A stretch of DNA of 62,000 bases from Wallemia ichthyophaga EXF-994 (GCF_000400465.1 NW_008806285.1:82001-144000); one strand, 5' to 3'; shown: positions 9,081 to 22,628, counted from the first letter of the stretch. The notes: a model not told the origin generated them from the sequence alone. Numbers and translations: made by a program.

Positions 9081-10424
9081 ATGCACATTGGACTCAAGAG
9101 GCCGCTGCTAGCGCAAGTGCCTTACAAAACCAAGAAATTCCAACTAGCCAAGAAGCGTTCGGCACCAATCTCGGCTTCAATTAAGGAGATTAGCGATGAT
9201 GATGATAACCATAATAACCACGATAGACCAGAGGTTATTGAGATTGACAGTGATAGCGATATTGAGTGTGTTAGCAGTAGTGATGATAATTTCAATTCTT
9301 ATGGCAACGATACCAACGACACCAACGACACCAACGACACTAGCACTAGCACTCACGACCAAACGTTTGAATCTCCTATCGACATCGATACTCCTATTCT
9401 CCCTGAGAATTACCCTCCTCCGCTGCCACCTCTCTGTCGCGACCTATATAACCTCACTTTTACTCACAGAACCTGCGCCGACTTTGTAGCCAATTTCAAC
9501 GCTGGCACCGATAATCTCAGAAAAAGTTATGGTATGCACACCATCACCAATGGTGTCATGGGCGATAGTAGGCAGGGGAATGTAGCGTCATTTGTACCCG
9601 TTTACGACAACGAAGTGAGTGAGTTTGTTGGTGACAGCATCATCGGCATGGTAGTGGCTCTATTGCTGAGAAAATGGTATCCACACCTTCGTCCTGACGG
9701 ATTAACGTGAGTTTTTGAGCCAGAATGTGGCACTGTCTTACCATCATGCTACCAGAGAAATACGCAGCAAGCTAGTCAACAGAGGCAGACTATCGAGCTG
9801 GGCGAAGCTGTACAACTTCGACCAGCATCTCATTCTACCACCTCAGATGCCCCAACTGCCTGTGCGACTCTCACCCATGGTTCTTTGCGATACATTTGAG
9901 GCGTACGTAGCCTCTGTCTTTGACCAGCAAGGTGACGAAAGCGCCGGTCTTATCGCCGTCAAGCAGTGGATTGAGCCGCTTTGTAGGCCTTACGCAGATA
10001 TGTACAGCGCTGCTATCACCAATCGCGAAAAGGAAGTGCGCGAGGCTCCTCGCATGGGCAGCATGGGCTACCTCAACCAGATGATGGAAAAACATCACGT
10101 CGTCGCGGCGTGGACTGAGTCGGGCGGTGTGAATGATCTCAATAACTCTCACAACTACTGGTCTGCTTCCCTTAACCTCACCCTCGACGAACGCGCACAT
10201 AATAGCACTCCCCTCGCTGTGAAATCTAAATTCCCTCTCACTACCACAGGTAAAGCTTCCAAGAAGAAAGTTGCCAAGGAAATGGCAGCTTATAAGGCTT
10301 TGAAGACTTTGGGTCTTAACTGTTGTGGGTATTTCGTTTATTCTATTGCTTCACTCACTCACCCACCAATAGAGACAATCTCTCATTTCAACGATACCTT
10401 AAACACACACATCTTGCTAAATAA
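9081..10424 (+). CDS. Ribonuclease III domain plus dsRBD protein (Rnt1/Pac1-like architecture); 3' end uncertain
   Basis: DNEVSEFVGDS and CDTFEAYV RNase III motifs joined by intron 9707-9755; dsRBD end GKASKKKVAKEMAAYKAL. A last intron at 10329-10372 is inferred. Confidence 0.8.
9306..9353 (+). repeat. Coding tandem repeat: four 9-mers (AACGAYACY) plus 2x AGCACT, encoding NDTNDTNDTNDTSTST
   Basis: Read directly in the low-complexity N-terminus of the RNase III gene. Confidence 0.85.
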
Positions 10425-10474
10425 TCTCAACGTAAAATGCATAGTTTCTGAAAATCAGCAGTTTCTTGACAATT

Positions 10475-11613
10475 TCACAAATGCTCTCCCACGAAAGCAT
10501 AAAGCCTATCCATCGTTTCACCCTCCTCTTTTTCATCCCACCCGTGGTCCTTGTCGGGGACGATATCAAACGCAACATTTGCACCCTTCTTCTGCAGCGC
10601 TTCTACCACCTCTACAGCCTGCGCGAAAGGCACTGCTGTGTCCACAGTACCGTGAGTGATGTATATCGGTGGAATATCCTCCAACTTTCTACGTTTAAGG
10701 ATATCAGTAATAGTGTATTGAGATACTTCTTCCGCGCTATAACTATCACCGAAGAGCAGCTGGTTGAGAGTGCCTGATTGCACCATCCACGCGTACACTT
10801 AGTCCTGTCAGCAGGGGTGAGGGTATTTGGAGCACATAGCACCCACTTCTAGATCTGCTCGACTCCGCCGCATTCTCTGCGACAGCTGGTGCATCTCCAT
10901 TGAGGTACTTTTTCACGCTATCAAATGGCACAGGCTCGTTCTCCCATGCCGCCTTCCCCTGTGGCGTAGTCCACTGTGCAGCAAGTGAGCAGGTGGCGGG
11001 CAATATCAAAAACCTACGAATGGCGCTAGAGTGTTGGTGATGGGGTATATAGCTGTGCAGACCTTCCTAAACACGCGATACGTCAGCTGGGAACTCCAAT
11101 CATGCGCAAACGACATACGGCACATGTTTTCCATTAGCGACGCCCAGTCCCACCAATAAACTCAGCCAACCACCGGCAGACGAGCCACACACACCCCACC
11201 GGCTGACGTCGATGGTGTGGCCGACGCGGCTGGGCAGCTGCTCTATTATGAATGCGACTGACTGCCCTACATCAGCCAAGATTTCGTGGAACCCCGTCTG
11301 CGGCGCTAGTCGGTAGTCCACACTTATAAACGCAGTGTTGAACTCGCTCGCCAGCCTGTCGAAATGGGGCGCGTAGCGCTGTCTGCTGCCCTGAAATGCG
11401 ATTGTTAGGTCTTTTCAACCCATTCAGATTTACCCACCTGCAATAAGCCGCCGCCTGCTTTGTTAGCCTGAGACCTTACTCCCACTCTAACCACCCACCA
11501 TGATACCATACGAGCACAGGGACGGGCTTCGACTGTGTAGCTGAGGCTGGGACATGGATATCCAACTGGATGGGTAAATCATTTATTCTTTTATAAGTAA
11601 AAGTTTCCTTCAT
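10475..11613 (-). CDS. Alpha/beta hydrolase, HSL-like esterase (multi-exon)
   Basis: MKETFTYKRINDLPIQLDIHVP...WYHGGGLLQ, DYRLAPQ, nucleophile motif GSSAGG, HGTVDTAVP, DHGWD. Confidence 0.85.
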
Positions 11614-11703
11614 TGTTTTATATGTCAGAGTGTCTGACTTTCCGAGAGAAGTGGTGATAAGAGGAAAACGAAAGGCGCATGACTAAAAATTTTCAAAGCC
11701 CCT

Positions 11704-14700
11704 TCAACATCCTTCCAGCACCCTCAGTGCGACTGCTGAGTTCCCGACATCCTTCATACACAGCCAAACAATATCGACATTGCGCACTGAGAGCGCTTCA
11801 TACAGTGAGACAATGTCGTCCTTCAGCAAGGGGTGGTGTAAGAGGGCTGTAAAGTCAGCACTGAGCTGCCAAACCAGCTCGTCCGCAACAGCTATCTCCT
11901 GCACCACACTCCTCATTGCGTCCACTAGAGCCTTATGCGCGCGCTTAGCTGGGGTTGTGTTTTGGTAATATTCTATTCCATTATCCGTGCTCTTTGCGTT
12001 GCTTACTGTGTTGATATCTCTACCATTACCATTTACATCACCACTCAACCCCCGCCTTAGCCCCTCAAATCCGATGGTGCGTCTAATCAGTGGATACGCT
12101 TCTTCCACAATGCGCATACTCATGAACGCACCCGTCTCAACAGCTAGCACGTTTATAAGCTCAAAAGCGGTAGCTATAACATGAGGACTCTCTTCGTACT
12201 CTTCCCCTTTCTTGGCAGCTTTTTCGGATAGGAGGCGGTGGAGTATATACGGCCATGCCCTGTGCACCACAGGCAGCACGTCACTATGGTGACCTGAGCG
12301 CATCAGCACTCTTACCGCATTTCCCATCAGCATGACAGTCCTAGCGCGTAAGAAAGCTGACTGGTGAGTGAGGAAGTGCAAAGCCTTGGACATAATCTTA
12401 AGACAAATGCTCTGCGATCTATTGAGTGGTTCTTTGGGTGTATCTTCTGGCGTTTGCTCCTGATCTACGTTGTGCGGTTCGCGTAGTTCATCCCAAGCTT
12501 GGTGTGGCGTCGGTCCGAAGTCTTCCACACCCTCTTCAGGTGGATCAGCGTGGAGATCGCGAAGCCAATCACTCAGCCCCTCCAGCTCAGCTGCAGAATC
12601 AGGCCGAGAATCAGCCACTGCTACCTCACGTTCACGTTCACCCACTACCTCATCGTCCGTACTGGGCAGGATGGCAGCATCGTCGGACATCACGCTGACA
12701 ATCGTGTCCAGAACGGCAAGCAGTCCCTCTCCCAGCAGAGGTATATCATGGTAATCGTCCAAACTCTCGAATATATCCTCCACCACTCCCTGTAACTTGC
12801 TTATCAGCGCTGCACCGACCAGTCTCATAGCAGCTATCAACACGCGCGGCGCTGCGACATCTAGCCTGACTGGATTTAGATATGATGTAACGCTATTGAG
12901 CAAGTAGTCTGCGTTATCGAGTATCGCGCCACTCGTGCTAGCGTATCCGAAGTAGTAGCTGACACTAGCGAGCGTGCTCCTGCTATGCTCCATGACAGTA
13001 AGAGTGGGGCTATCCAAGCGCGACAGAACGTAGTAGAGTGTGTGGTTGAGCTGGGGTCTACCTTCATAGCCCAGAACATAGCTAGTGGTAGCGATCATGC
13101 GCAAAGTGATGAGTGTAATCAACGTCACCCGCACTCTTTTCTCCAATTTCGCGTTCGATTGCGGTGTGTACTTGAAATTATCAGCCAGCGTTTCCACCTT
13201 ATCGAGACCGCGCACGTGTTCAGAAGGGAGATTGGTATCGGAATGGGGTACGACCTCCTCGCTCACTTCATGATCCCCTTCCATTCTATCTAATTGCTCA
13301 GCCTCGAGACTGAACTTAACGACGCTCCGGCCGAGCTTCACGGCGAGCTTGTGAGCCATTGCGACAGAGGACCGCGCTCGAGCCATCCCCTGCAAGATGC
13401 AACAACACAGCCATAGAGCGCTCGCAGCAGCCCTAGAATGCAGATTACGCTGAGCAAGGCTGAAGAAATATTCCACCGAATGAGACGCCCTATCCCCGAA
13501 CGCACATCCGAGAGCTACCAGCGCTCTGCGTATACACTCCCCGTCTTTACTATCGACGCTCTCGAACGGCATAGCAGGGAAACCGAACCATGGATCATCA
13601 GAGCCGTCGACCCCGATTTCAAAAGCTGCATCAGGGGTGCTACTCCACAGTATACTTCTGCTCGCATTTACTGATACGCTCTCCCCACTGATGGGCGGTG
13701 TCGCGAACGGAATGCAGTCGATTAGCCCCCATGCCCACTTCTCTACTCCGCCGCGCGCACCGAGTATATCATCCATAGGAATCCCACTCAGGCTCGTGCG
13801 CATTGTGAGAGCGGCTACAGCTTCGATCTGCGCCGTTGTTGCTTGTATGCCGCTACTGTCGCGCGATCTGATCGCTGAAGGGATTGCAATGAGCGCATCG
13901 CGCGCGTGCTGCTTCAGAAGTGATTCTAGTATCTTGCGGTGCGGCTCTAACGACAGAAGTCGACTGAGTGCTTCTTTGGCGATCAACGACACTTCACTCG
14001 ATGCCTGGCTGTCTACAGAAAGCATCAAAAGGTTTGATAGAAGCAGTCTGTGACAGTTGTCGAGAGTACCGATACACGATTCGAGCAGATCTGCTGACAG
14101 TTTTGCAACAGCTCGCCTCACCCTGCTGGACTGGTGCTTCACCACTTTCGAAGTGGAGATGAGAACGAGACATATCTGGTGCACGGTGCCCTGCAGCCAA
14201 GAAGGTGTGCGTATCCCTTCCTCTTTCTTCGTAGTGCTAGGTGGAGCGAAAAGAGATGACGCTACTGGTATACTCCCTTCATCCCTCCTATGTCTTTCAT
14301 CCACCTTACCTCTCACCTCCAAACTCTCCAAATCAATCCGATTTGCCAGTTCAGTCAAGTCGGCAATCTGCACCGGCTGAAGTGCTGCACATAGATCATC
14401 GTTGAGAGTCGACATGACAATCAGCCGTAGTGTTTCCAAGGCTGCTACTGCCAACTCGCTATTGATATGGTTTTCGCCTTTTAGGATCTTGGTTATCGAG
14501 CTCGCTGTGCCCGGCAACAAAACAGCGTTGATGTCAGGCTTATCGAAAGCGTATTCGCCTACATACACACCTACTAGCTGCAAGGAGCGTGTGCGTAGAG
14601 TGATAAATGTGTGCAATGTAGCCAAATCGAGTAATTGAGCAATAAGTGATCCTAATATCGACATGCGCTTCGTTGTGAGGAGAGAGGCGTGATCGAGGGA

Positions 14701-15190
14701 AGGATTTAAACTAAGAGTGTGAATCAACTCAACGCATGAAAGCAGTTGCACCTCTGACTTGCCTCCTTTTATGCTGTTGATTAGTGTCATCGCAGACAGC
14801 ATCCACAACTGCTCCCATTCAGCAGTGGGCACGCCTTCCAGGGCCCAAACTTTGGATATAGAATTGAGAGCATTGATAACAGCCACAGATCCCTTCTCAG
14901 GGAGCTCTGTGGGCGATATATGGCGGAGAAGGCCAGCTATTGGGAAGAAGACGTAGCGTATGAGCTGGAGAGAGCTATTTGTGGTGCTTAAATTAAGGCT
15001 GAGTGAATCTGAGAGTTCTTCAAGTGCTGAGAGCAGTCCTGGCTCGTTTGGTGTTAGATTCGGCTTCGTTACGAGGAAGTTGAGTCTGACGCAGGCAGGT
15101 TTGAGCTGAGCGTGGGTGTGAGCGCGGCGAAAGTACGTATATAGCCTCGCTCACAGCCTGGAAAGCGGTATTTCGCGCATCGTCGACCAT
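11704..15190 (-). CDS. TTI1: TEL2-interacting protein 1 (TTT complex), HEAT repeats; first intron 15106-15154
   Basis: N-terminus MVDDARNTAFQA|LKPACVRL...IRYVFFPIAGLL; IFESLDDYH; VHRAWPYILHRL; about 1140 aa. Confidence 0.8.
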
Positions 15191-15295
15191 CTCTGCAATC
15201 CTCGATGATGAAAGCTAAGACTAGAGATAAGAAATTGAGATTATTTTACAAATTGTTTATCGCATTATACCGAGACTTGAGGCTTAAAATTATGT

Positions 15296-17075
15296 CTAAA
15301 CAGTATGACTGGCTGATTTGCTTTTTATACGCCAAGCAGACAAAGGCAAACCTAGAATGAATGTTAGTAGAAGCCATAGGCGTATCCTTCAACTCACGCT
15401 GCAGTTTACGCGCTGTAGGATAAATATAAGCGGCTAGAATTACAGCCCCGAGCACAACACAGATGGTGCTGGTGACAAAGTAGCCATCGCGTTCAACAAC
15501 ACACTTTCCACCGATATCCGAACACACAGATTTGGCATGCTCAGAACTGCAGTCCTCTGCCTTGACGATGACGTCCTCATTCTCTTCATGGACGTGACAA
15601 GTAGCGATACTGAGTCCATCGACAGCCTTGAGAACGAAATAGCGCGGCCACGTTCCACCAAGATTCGACACTGTGTTGAGGAGGGTCATGTACGTTCCTC
15701 CAATCAGCGGATCCGCTATCTGGGTGTGGAAGGCGCATATGCCGACGAATTGGACAGTAGACATGAATCCACCGACGAGTGTCATTGCAATCACCGATGT
15801 GAATATCGTCGCAGTCACTGGTGGTTCTATAAACTTGATGGCTAGCATCGCAACAACGGCGTAGACTAGTCTGCCGATGAATGCACTTAGCCATGGTTTG
15901 AGTGGGTTGCGACCTTGTGACCACTGCGCAGCTAGCCAGCCACCAATGATCTGCACAGGAAAATCTATAAGCACTGCTAAAGCGAGGTCCTCCTTGCTCA
16001 ACCCTTTCTCTAACAACTTGAGCGAAGTGACGGCTTCATTTGCTTGGAAACCAATTTTAGCGACGAGGTGAATCATGACAAACGATTGGACGTGTTTGAG
16101 CTTTAAAATAGAAAGCATTTGGCTGTACACCTTCTTGATGTCCATCTCATCCTCGTCGGTGATGACATTCTCTTCTTTCTTGAAAAACGTAAGCCAGACT
16201 GTGAACAGGACGAATACTGCACCAAAGAATTGGAGGTATCCCCCAAGAGTAACTAGAGGGACTTCTAAAGGAGTTGATCTAAAGTATTTGTTGCTGAATT
16301 CAATCGAATTCAACGCCAAGAAGACGGTGAAAGAGAGAAAGTAGCCCGTATTCAAGCCAATAGTCTGAGCTGTAGATGCAAAGGAGAGATTTTCGTTGCT
16401 GAGCAAGGTTAATGCCCATCCGTCTACTGCAATGTCTTGAGTTGCAGCCAAGAAAATGAGCATGAAGAAGGTGAAAGTGAGTAAATTGACGTCCGGTACC
16501 TCCTAAAGGGCAATTGAGTTTTGATTACGCGTAAAATTACCGCACTCACCTGCGCTAAACTGTCTTGGATCCAGAAGGACATCCAGTACATCATTGCACC
16601 GACTAGAAACTGGATGGGTACGATCCAGCTCTTGCGTCTGCCCAATTTGGGATTAAAGCAAGCATCCACGATGGGTGACCAGAATAGCTTGAGTGAATAA
16701 GGGTATGTAGATAGCGAGAAGAAGCCAATTTGCGAGTAGCTGAGTTTCGCTTTGAGAAGAAAAGGGATACTGCCAAAAGCTAATCCTGTGGGTACGCCCT
16801 GTAGGAGATCTTAATATCTCGATGAGCTGTGTGGTGATGAAATCGAGCGTAAGAAACTCACACAAGATGACCAAGATTATCATTGCAGATCTATCCTTGT
16901 GGTACCAAATGTCAAAGAAGCCGCGATCGGAAGATTGTTGCGCTGTCTTCTTTGCGTCGTCATTGGCTTCCAAATGGATATCGAGCTCGTTGATGACGGG
17001 CTTAGGAGATGGAGATATACGCGGAGATCTACCGCTCTTGAGGTTGTTCCTCGATGGTTTCTTCCTCGCTGGCAT
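15296..17075 (-). CDS. ER acetyl-CoA transporter (SLC33A1/AT-1 family, MFS); start could be 17075, 17105 or 17138
   Basis: GRRKSWIVPIQ, ATQDIAVDGWAL, DPLIGGTYMTLLNTVSNLGGTWP, spliced end KLQRLPLSAWRIK. Confidence 0.9.
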
Positions 17076-17136
17076 CTGAAGATGGGCGTTTGGTGACAAA
17101 GACATTCCTGCGAGTGAACAGCCATCATCAATTATC

Positions 17137-17557
17137 ATGGAAACAGAACGCAGCCAAACAGGCCAAGGGAGTGAGACGGTGGAAGGAACAGAGAGCAGAA
17201 CACAGCTGCAACGACACCAAAGCCAGGTGCTGAAATTGAGAGGAGATGAGCCAAAACAGCGGGAACAGCGGGAACGAGGCGGAGGAGTGAGGTGGGAACA
17301 AGGCACAGTAGATAATGAGCATATGGGGAAGAAAAAGTCAAAGAGTGCGTGTTATCTCCTGCTATTCCAACGCATCTGACGCATCTCCAGTCTGCTGCAT
17401 CTACCACAAGCCAAAGAGATTTGATGAGTCGTCGGACGAGTCAGATTGCAGTGACAACGAGCACCGTCACGCTAGCAACTGCAATCTCAACAAATACGAT
17501 AATCCTAGCCATACAAGCCATCGACACGGAGCATCTAAGGACAAGGATACCGCCTGA
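17137..17557 (+). CDS. YPI1: PP1 inhibitor-3 / Ypi1 (intron 17345-17390)
   Basis: VRWEQGTVDNEHMGKKKSK|ICCIYHKPKRFDESSDES signature. Confidence 0.92.
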
Positions 17558-17655
17558 GATGGCTGCCAGATCTACCGCCTATTCATACAGGTTAATTATG
17601 TCTTGTATTTTTATCTATTCGCTGCAATCTCTTCTTTATCTTTCACCACCACGCG

Positions 17656-19277
17656 ATGGACGAATTCGCCAATGAACTATTCAGCGACGGCGGCGACGGT
17701 GCCGACGAAGCATACGAAGATGCCACATACCAAGAAGATATGATGGAAGATCACGATATTATCTCAGTAAATCTCCGCGGTGCAGATAAAGAGCAAGTGA
17801 GCCCGCACTCAGCCTCACAGATGATACGGCGGGCGATCATCCACGAAGCCCAACACGCAGGCTTCGAGCGAGCCACCGAAGATGCCATGATCGAGATTGA
17901 GCGACACGCCGTCTTCTGTGCGTCTCGCCATCCTATCTTCTCTAAAACACCCCCTAACCTGCAACAGGCATAGAGAGTCTTGCCAAAATGACCATGCAAT
18001 ACACAGAAAATGCCTACAGGACTGAAGCGACGCTGCATGAAGTCAGTGAAGCTTTCAGCGACGTCGGTATGACTGCCTCAGAAATGAACCCGATAGCAGA
18101 GCGCAACCGCGGTATTAAATCGACTAAACTGCTCCCGACGCCTATATCGACAATGCATCAATTCAAGGACCCAACCGAGGATTTCTTGCCAAGTGACGAT
18201 GAGCAGGATCCTGAGTATCGCATGGTGCAGCAGGAAGCTATGGATAAAATGCTCGAGCTCGCACCGTATGGTATAGGTCCGCGTTTGCCTCCAAGACATG
18301 CTTACCATCGTACTGCCGTCTATCCCACTCCACATAGGACTCAGACGCCTTTGGCGCACTTGGATAGGAAGCAGAATACAAGCAGGCTGGTTGAAAGGGC
18401 TCTTAAGTCGCTGATTGAAAGGACTCAGGTGGCTACAGAGTCCTCCCTGATGGCGAAGAATCAGCAGGCGCTGGGCGAAAGCCTTGATGACGATGACGCG
18501 GGTATAGTGCCAGTCCAAGAGAAGAAGGACGACGTTAGTGCTGGAGCAGAGCAGGAAGGACAGAAAGGGCAGCTGCCAGCATCAACAGCAGCGCCTCTTC
18601 AGCCTAGCACGAGTGAGCCAACTGAGGCTCAAGCAATGGAAGGTGTCCAGGTGGAGAAAAAGTATGGTGAAGCTGCACCAATAGTACCTGAGGTAGTGCA
18701 ACCGCAAGTCGAGGAGACGCCTGCTGAGCCAAAGCAGAGCGATCGTCAGCGGCCGGAAGAGGCAGGAGCGGGAGAAGCAAACGAAGAGCAGCAGCAGCAG
18801 CAACCAGAATCAATTGCTGTAATTTCTGCAGGGTCCGCACAACCAGAGCAACCAGAGCAACCAACACAGCCGTCTGAACAAACATCAAGATTACCACCTA
18901 CACAAGAACCAACAGAAGTGGCAGAACCATCCACACCTACGATCACTCAAAGTGAACCGTCTCATACAACTCTCGAAAAAGAAAAAGAACCTTCAACCAA
19001 AACAAATGGGGCGGACTCGCCAATGAAAGAGCACACGAAGCAAGCCAATAAACCACCCTGGCTGCAGAATATACAGATCGACGCGAATATTCTTAAAGAG
19101 CTGCCACTCGAATTTGGGATAGTTAATTTTGGCGATGCTGGTGAAGCACTTAACACTTCTTCGAGCATGAACATGCCATCGAATGGGCGGGGTGGAGGCC
19201 ACGCGCAGCTGGTACCAACCGATAGTGATGCATCGGGGTATGAGTCGCGCGTAAAGAGGAGACGCTGGAAGGTGTAA
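17656..19277 (+). CDS. TAF8: TFIID subunit TAF8-like (histone-fold/BTP domain, TAF8 C motif, acidic tail)
   Basis: RRAIIHEAQHAGFERATEDAMIEI...TEATLHEVSEAF histone-fold pattern, RLPPRHAYHRT motif, one intron near 17915-17967. Confidence 0.7.
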
Positions 19278-19352
19278 TATGTGTGTATATGTGCATTCAA
19301 TGTGATTCCATTATCTCTAAAGACTCAGGCTTAATTTTGGCCGTTGCACTCG

Positions 19353-20325
19353 CTAAAATCCTTTGCAACTCTTCCACTCGGCGTCTTGCTGCTGTACATT
19401 GAGTCTATTGGCCAACTCAACCAGTCCAATATTACGAGTCGAGGGATGAACGTCAGAGAAAGGCACACGACCGTCGAGAAAGATGTCAAATTCCTCCGGA
19501 TGCACCGTCTCAGGCTCGTCCTCCTCCTGTTCGCGAGCAATGTACACGGTGCGCATGCCTACAGCTCTAGCGCCTCTGCAATCATTTGCATGTGCGGCAA
19601 CCATAGCGCACTGCTCCGGGCGTAAGCCGAGCCATCTAGCGATGCTCAAGTAAGTTTCCGGGTGAGGTTTATAAACACGGGGGATATCAGCCCCGCAGAT
19701 GAAATCCCAACGGAGGTTGGCATGTTTAGCCATATCCACCAGCAGCCTGCAGTGACCGTTGCTCAGCGTGGCGACGACGTACTTCTGTTTCAGAAGGTCG
19801 ATCCCATGCGCGGCGTCAGGCCAAGCGTCCAGATCGTGCCAAATGAGAGAGAGGTCGTCGAGCTGTGCCGGGGTGTAGACATGATCGATGGCGTACTTGT
19901 GCGTGAGCGCGTCGAGTGCGTTTCGATGGAACGTATCGACCGTGGGGAAGTGGGAGTGTGTGGGTGCGACACCGCGTGAGTGCTCAGCTACACCCCTCTT
20001 GAACGCCTCGCGCCAGTCAGCGAGGAATGCCGCCCAGTTCACCCTTTCCAGTCGCTCAGCGTCTGCGTGCGCACTAGCGCGCCGACAAAGCTCAGCGTGC
20101 ACCGTGTGGTGCCAGTTGACAGTGGTGCCGAAAGCATCGACAATAAGCGCCTGGATTCGGTGTGAGCGTGGACTTGCACTGGTGGACTTGCACGCTTGTA
20201 CTCACTTTCACTCCTTGCTGACGTGCTGGCTCAGCCACTGCACCTCCGTCGCTGATCAACCCCCACTCACCATTTTCGCGTGTGTTGTAGTGGCTGTGGC
20301 TCAGAAGTTTCAAACAATACGTCAT
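19353..20325 (-). CDS. HAD-superfamily haloacid dehalogenase type II-like hydrolase
   Basis: After an intron near 20150-20205: ALIVDAFGTTVNW, TLSNG, YKPHPETY, MVAAHANDCRGA. Confidence 0.88.
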
Positions 20326-21009
20326 TCGATAGTAACGATAAAAATTGCATACTCCCCAACGCCCGACGGACTCTCACGCCGAATGTCACCCCCGCGCTCT
20401 ATCTGTTTCCCTTCTGCACGAGCCTCCTGGATGCGATGCAACGCCAATGATTGCTGCTTCTGCCCGGCACGAACCAGGCACGGCGTACTCACTGGTGGTA
20501 TACTTGGTGAGCCGAGTAGAAAATACGTAAGCAGCTAAACACATATTTTCTCCACCACTTGCTTCGCTCCACCAATGTATTTATCATATCGTCCAGACTA
20601 TCCATATCTTCTGCTTGCTATTTGATAGCTCCACTGCGGTATCATCAGGGACAACTAAATGAAGCCCTTTACGAGTTCTTCAAAACGCAATTGACTACGT
20701 ACCAGAGATACTCCGGTGGTTCAGCGTAGTTGAGAAACACTAGTAATTTACAAATCACGACGCTGGTCAAGAAACGCTTTCGGTGAATTCAACACCTCCT
20801 TTGACTCCTCATACTTTAAGGAGTATTGATGGACGCAGTTTATAACATTTATCGTCTTAACAACATAATCAGATTTCATCATCAGGAAAAACTAATACAA
20901 AGCACCATATATACTATCGTTTTATGCACGCACTAAGCAGAGAGAATTGAAAAAAGTGTATCATTGAAATAAAGTGAGAGTGAGAATTTTATTATCATAG
21001 TGGTACATA

Positions 21010-22628
21010 TTACGCAGCTGCTGGTGGAGGAATAGAAGCACCTCTGTTATCAGGAATAGCAATGTTTGGGTTATGGTCTTTGAGCAGCTTACCACCGTAC
21101 ATAACGACGCCATTCTCGCGCTGGAATTCTTTGATTCTCTGCTCCATCTGTGGTCTGAAGTGTCTAACGAGACCTTGGATTGGCCACGCTGCGGCGTCAC
21201 CGAGTGCGCAGATGGTGTGACCTTCAATCTGCTTGGATAATTCAACCAACATGTCAATCTCCCTATTGGCAGCTTGGCCGTTCTCGAATCTGTTCATCAT
21301 GTTGTACATCCACGAAGTACCCTCTCTGCATGGTGTGCATTGTCCACATGACTCGTGTTTGTAGAACTTTGCGAATCTCGAAATAGCTTTGACCATATCG
21401 GTGGACTGATCCATGACGATGATTGCTCCAGTACCGAGGGATGTTTGAGCATCCTTGAGAGAGTCGAAATCCATGAGAACGTCGGTACAAACATCTCTTG
21501 GGATGACAGGCACAGATGCACCACCAGGTACTATGCCCTGGAGGTTCTGCCAACCGCCCTTGACACCACCGCAGTGTCTCTCGATGAGTTCCTTCAGGGG
21601 CACCGACATCTCTTCTTCGACGACACATGGGTTGTTGACGTGTCCAGAAATGGCAAACAATTTTGTACCTGAATTCCTGTCTCTGCCGAACGAGTCAAAC
21701 CAAGAAGGACCTCTTCTAACAATGGTTGGAACAACTGCCACTGTTTCTACATTTGCGACAGTGGTTGGACAACCGAAAACACCGACATCGGCAGGGAATG
21801 GAGGCTTAAGCCTTGGCTTACCCTGCTTGCCCTCGATAGATTCAATAAGCGCAGTCTCTTCACCGCAAATGTATGCACCGGCACCACGGTGGATGAAGAC
21901 GTCGAACTTGTAGCCAGAGCCGCAGGCGTTTTCACCTATCAAACCAGCTTTGTAAGCTTCGTCGATGGCTTGCTGGAGTCTGACGGCCTCGTGGTAAAAT
22001 TCACCACGGATGTATATGTAAGAAGCAGAGGCATTCATAGCTCTGCCGGCAACCAAACAGCCTTCAATGAGTTTGTGTGGGTCACCACGCATGATTTCTC
22101 TGTCCTTGCAGGTGCCTGGTTCACCTTCATCAGCGTTGACGACCAAGTAGCGAGGTCTGGAATCTTTATCCCAGCCAGGCTTGTTCATGAAGGACCATTT
22201 CAAGCCTGAAGGGAAACCAGCGCCACCTCTGCCTCGAAGTCCTGAGTCTTTAACGGCTTGGATAAGGTACTGGTCACCCTTCAAGACAATTTCCTTCGTC
22301 TTGTGCCAGTCACCACGACTCATTGCGCCTTTGAGGCTGAAGTCGTGGCGGTCGTACAAGTTAGTGAAGATTCTTGCGGGGAGTTAGAATGAGAGTGGGC
22401 AGCGTACAAGTACACATACCTATCTTGATCTATTGGAAAGCACGCGTCAGCCACCTACACATAATCCTCACGCCATTCTCACCTTTCAAACCGCCGTATC
22501 CTCTGCAACGCCACAGTGTAAGCGGGATAGAGATGCGGATAAAAGCGCACTAACCTAACTGGTGGCTCTGAAACCGATGCAAACGATCTCGCAGACCTTA
22601 GAACACTTTTTTGAACGCGGTTCAACAT
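21010..22628 (-). CDS. NDUFV1: NADH:ubiquinone oxidoreductase 51-kDa flavoprotein subunit, mitochondrial
   Basis: [60 protein letters not shown]; presequence [18 protein letters not shown]. Confidence 0.97.

Noticed and set aside
11685-11695. Perfect RRPE-like element (TGAAAATTTTT, minus strand)
   Set aside because: Lies upstream of an esterase, not a ribosome-biogenesis gene, in an AT-rich spacer; probably chance or part of the TTI1 3' end signal.
19353-20325. Haloacid dehalogenase-like gene as a possible halophile-specific or horizontally acquired gene; 12-bp direct repeat GTGGACTTGCAC in its intron
   Set aside because: Family is common in fungi, has a normal intron and typical motifs; the repeat is short and local.
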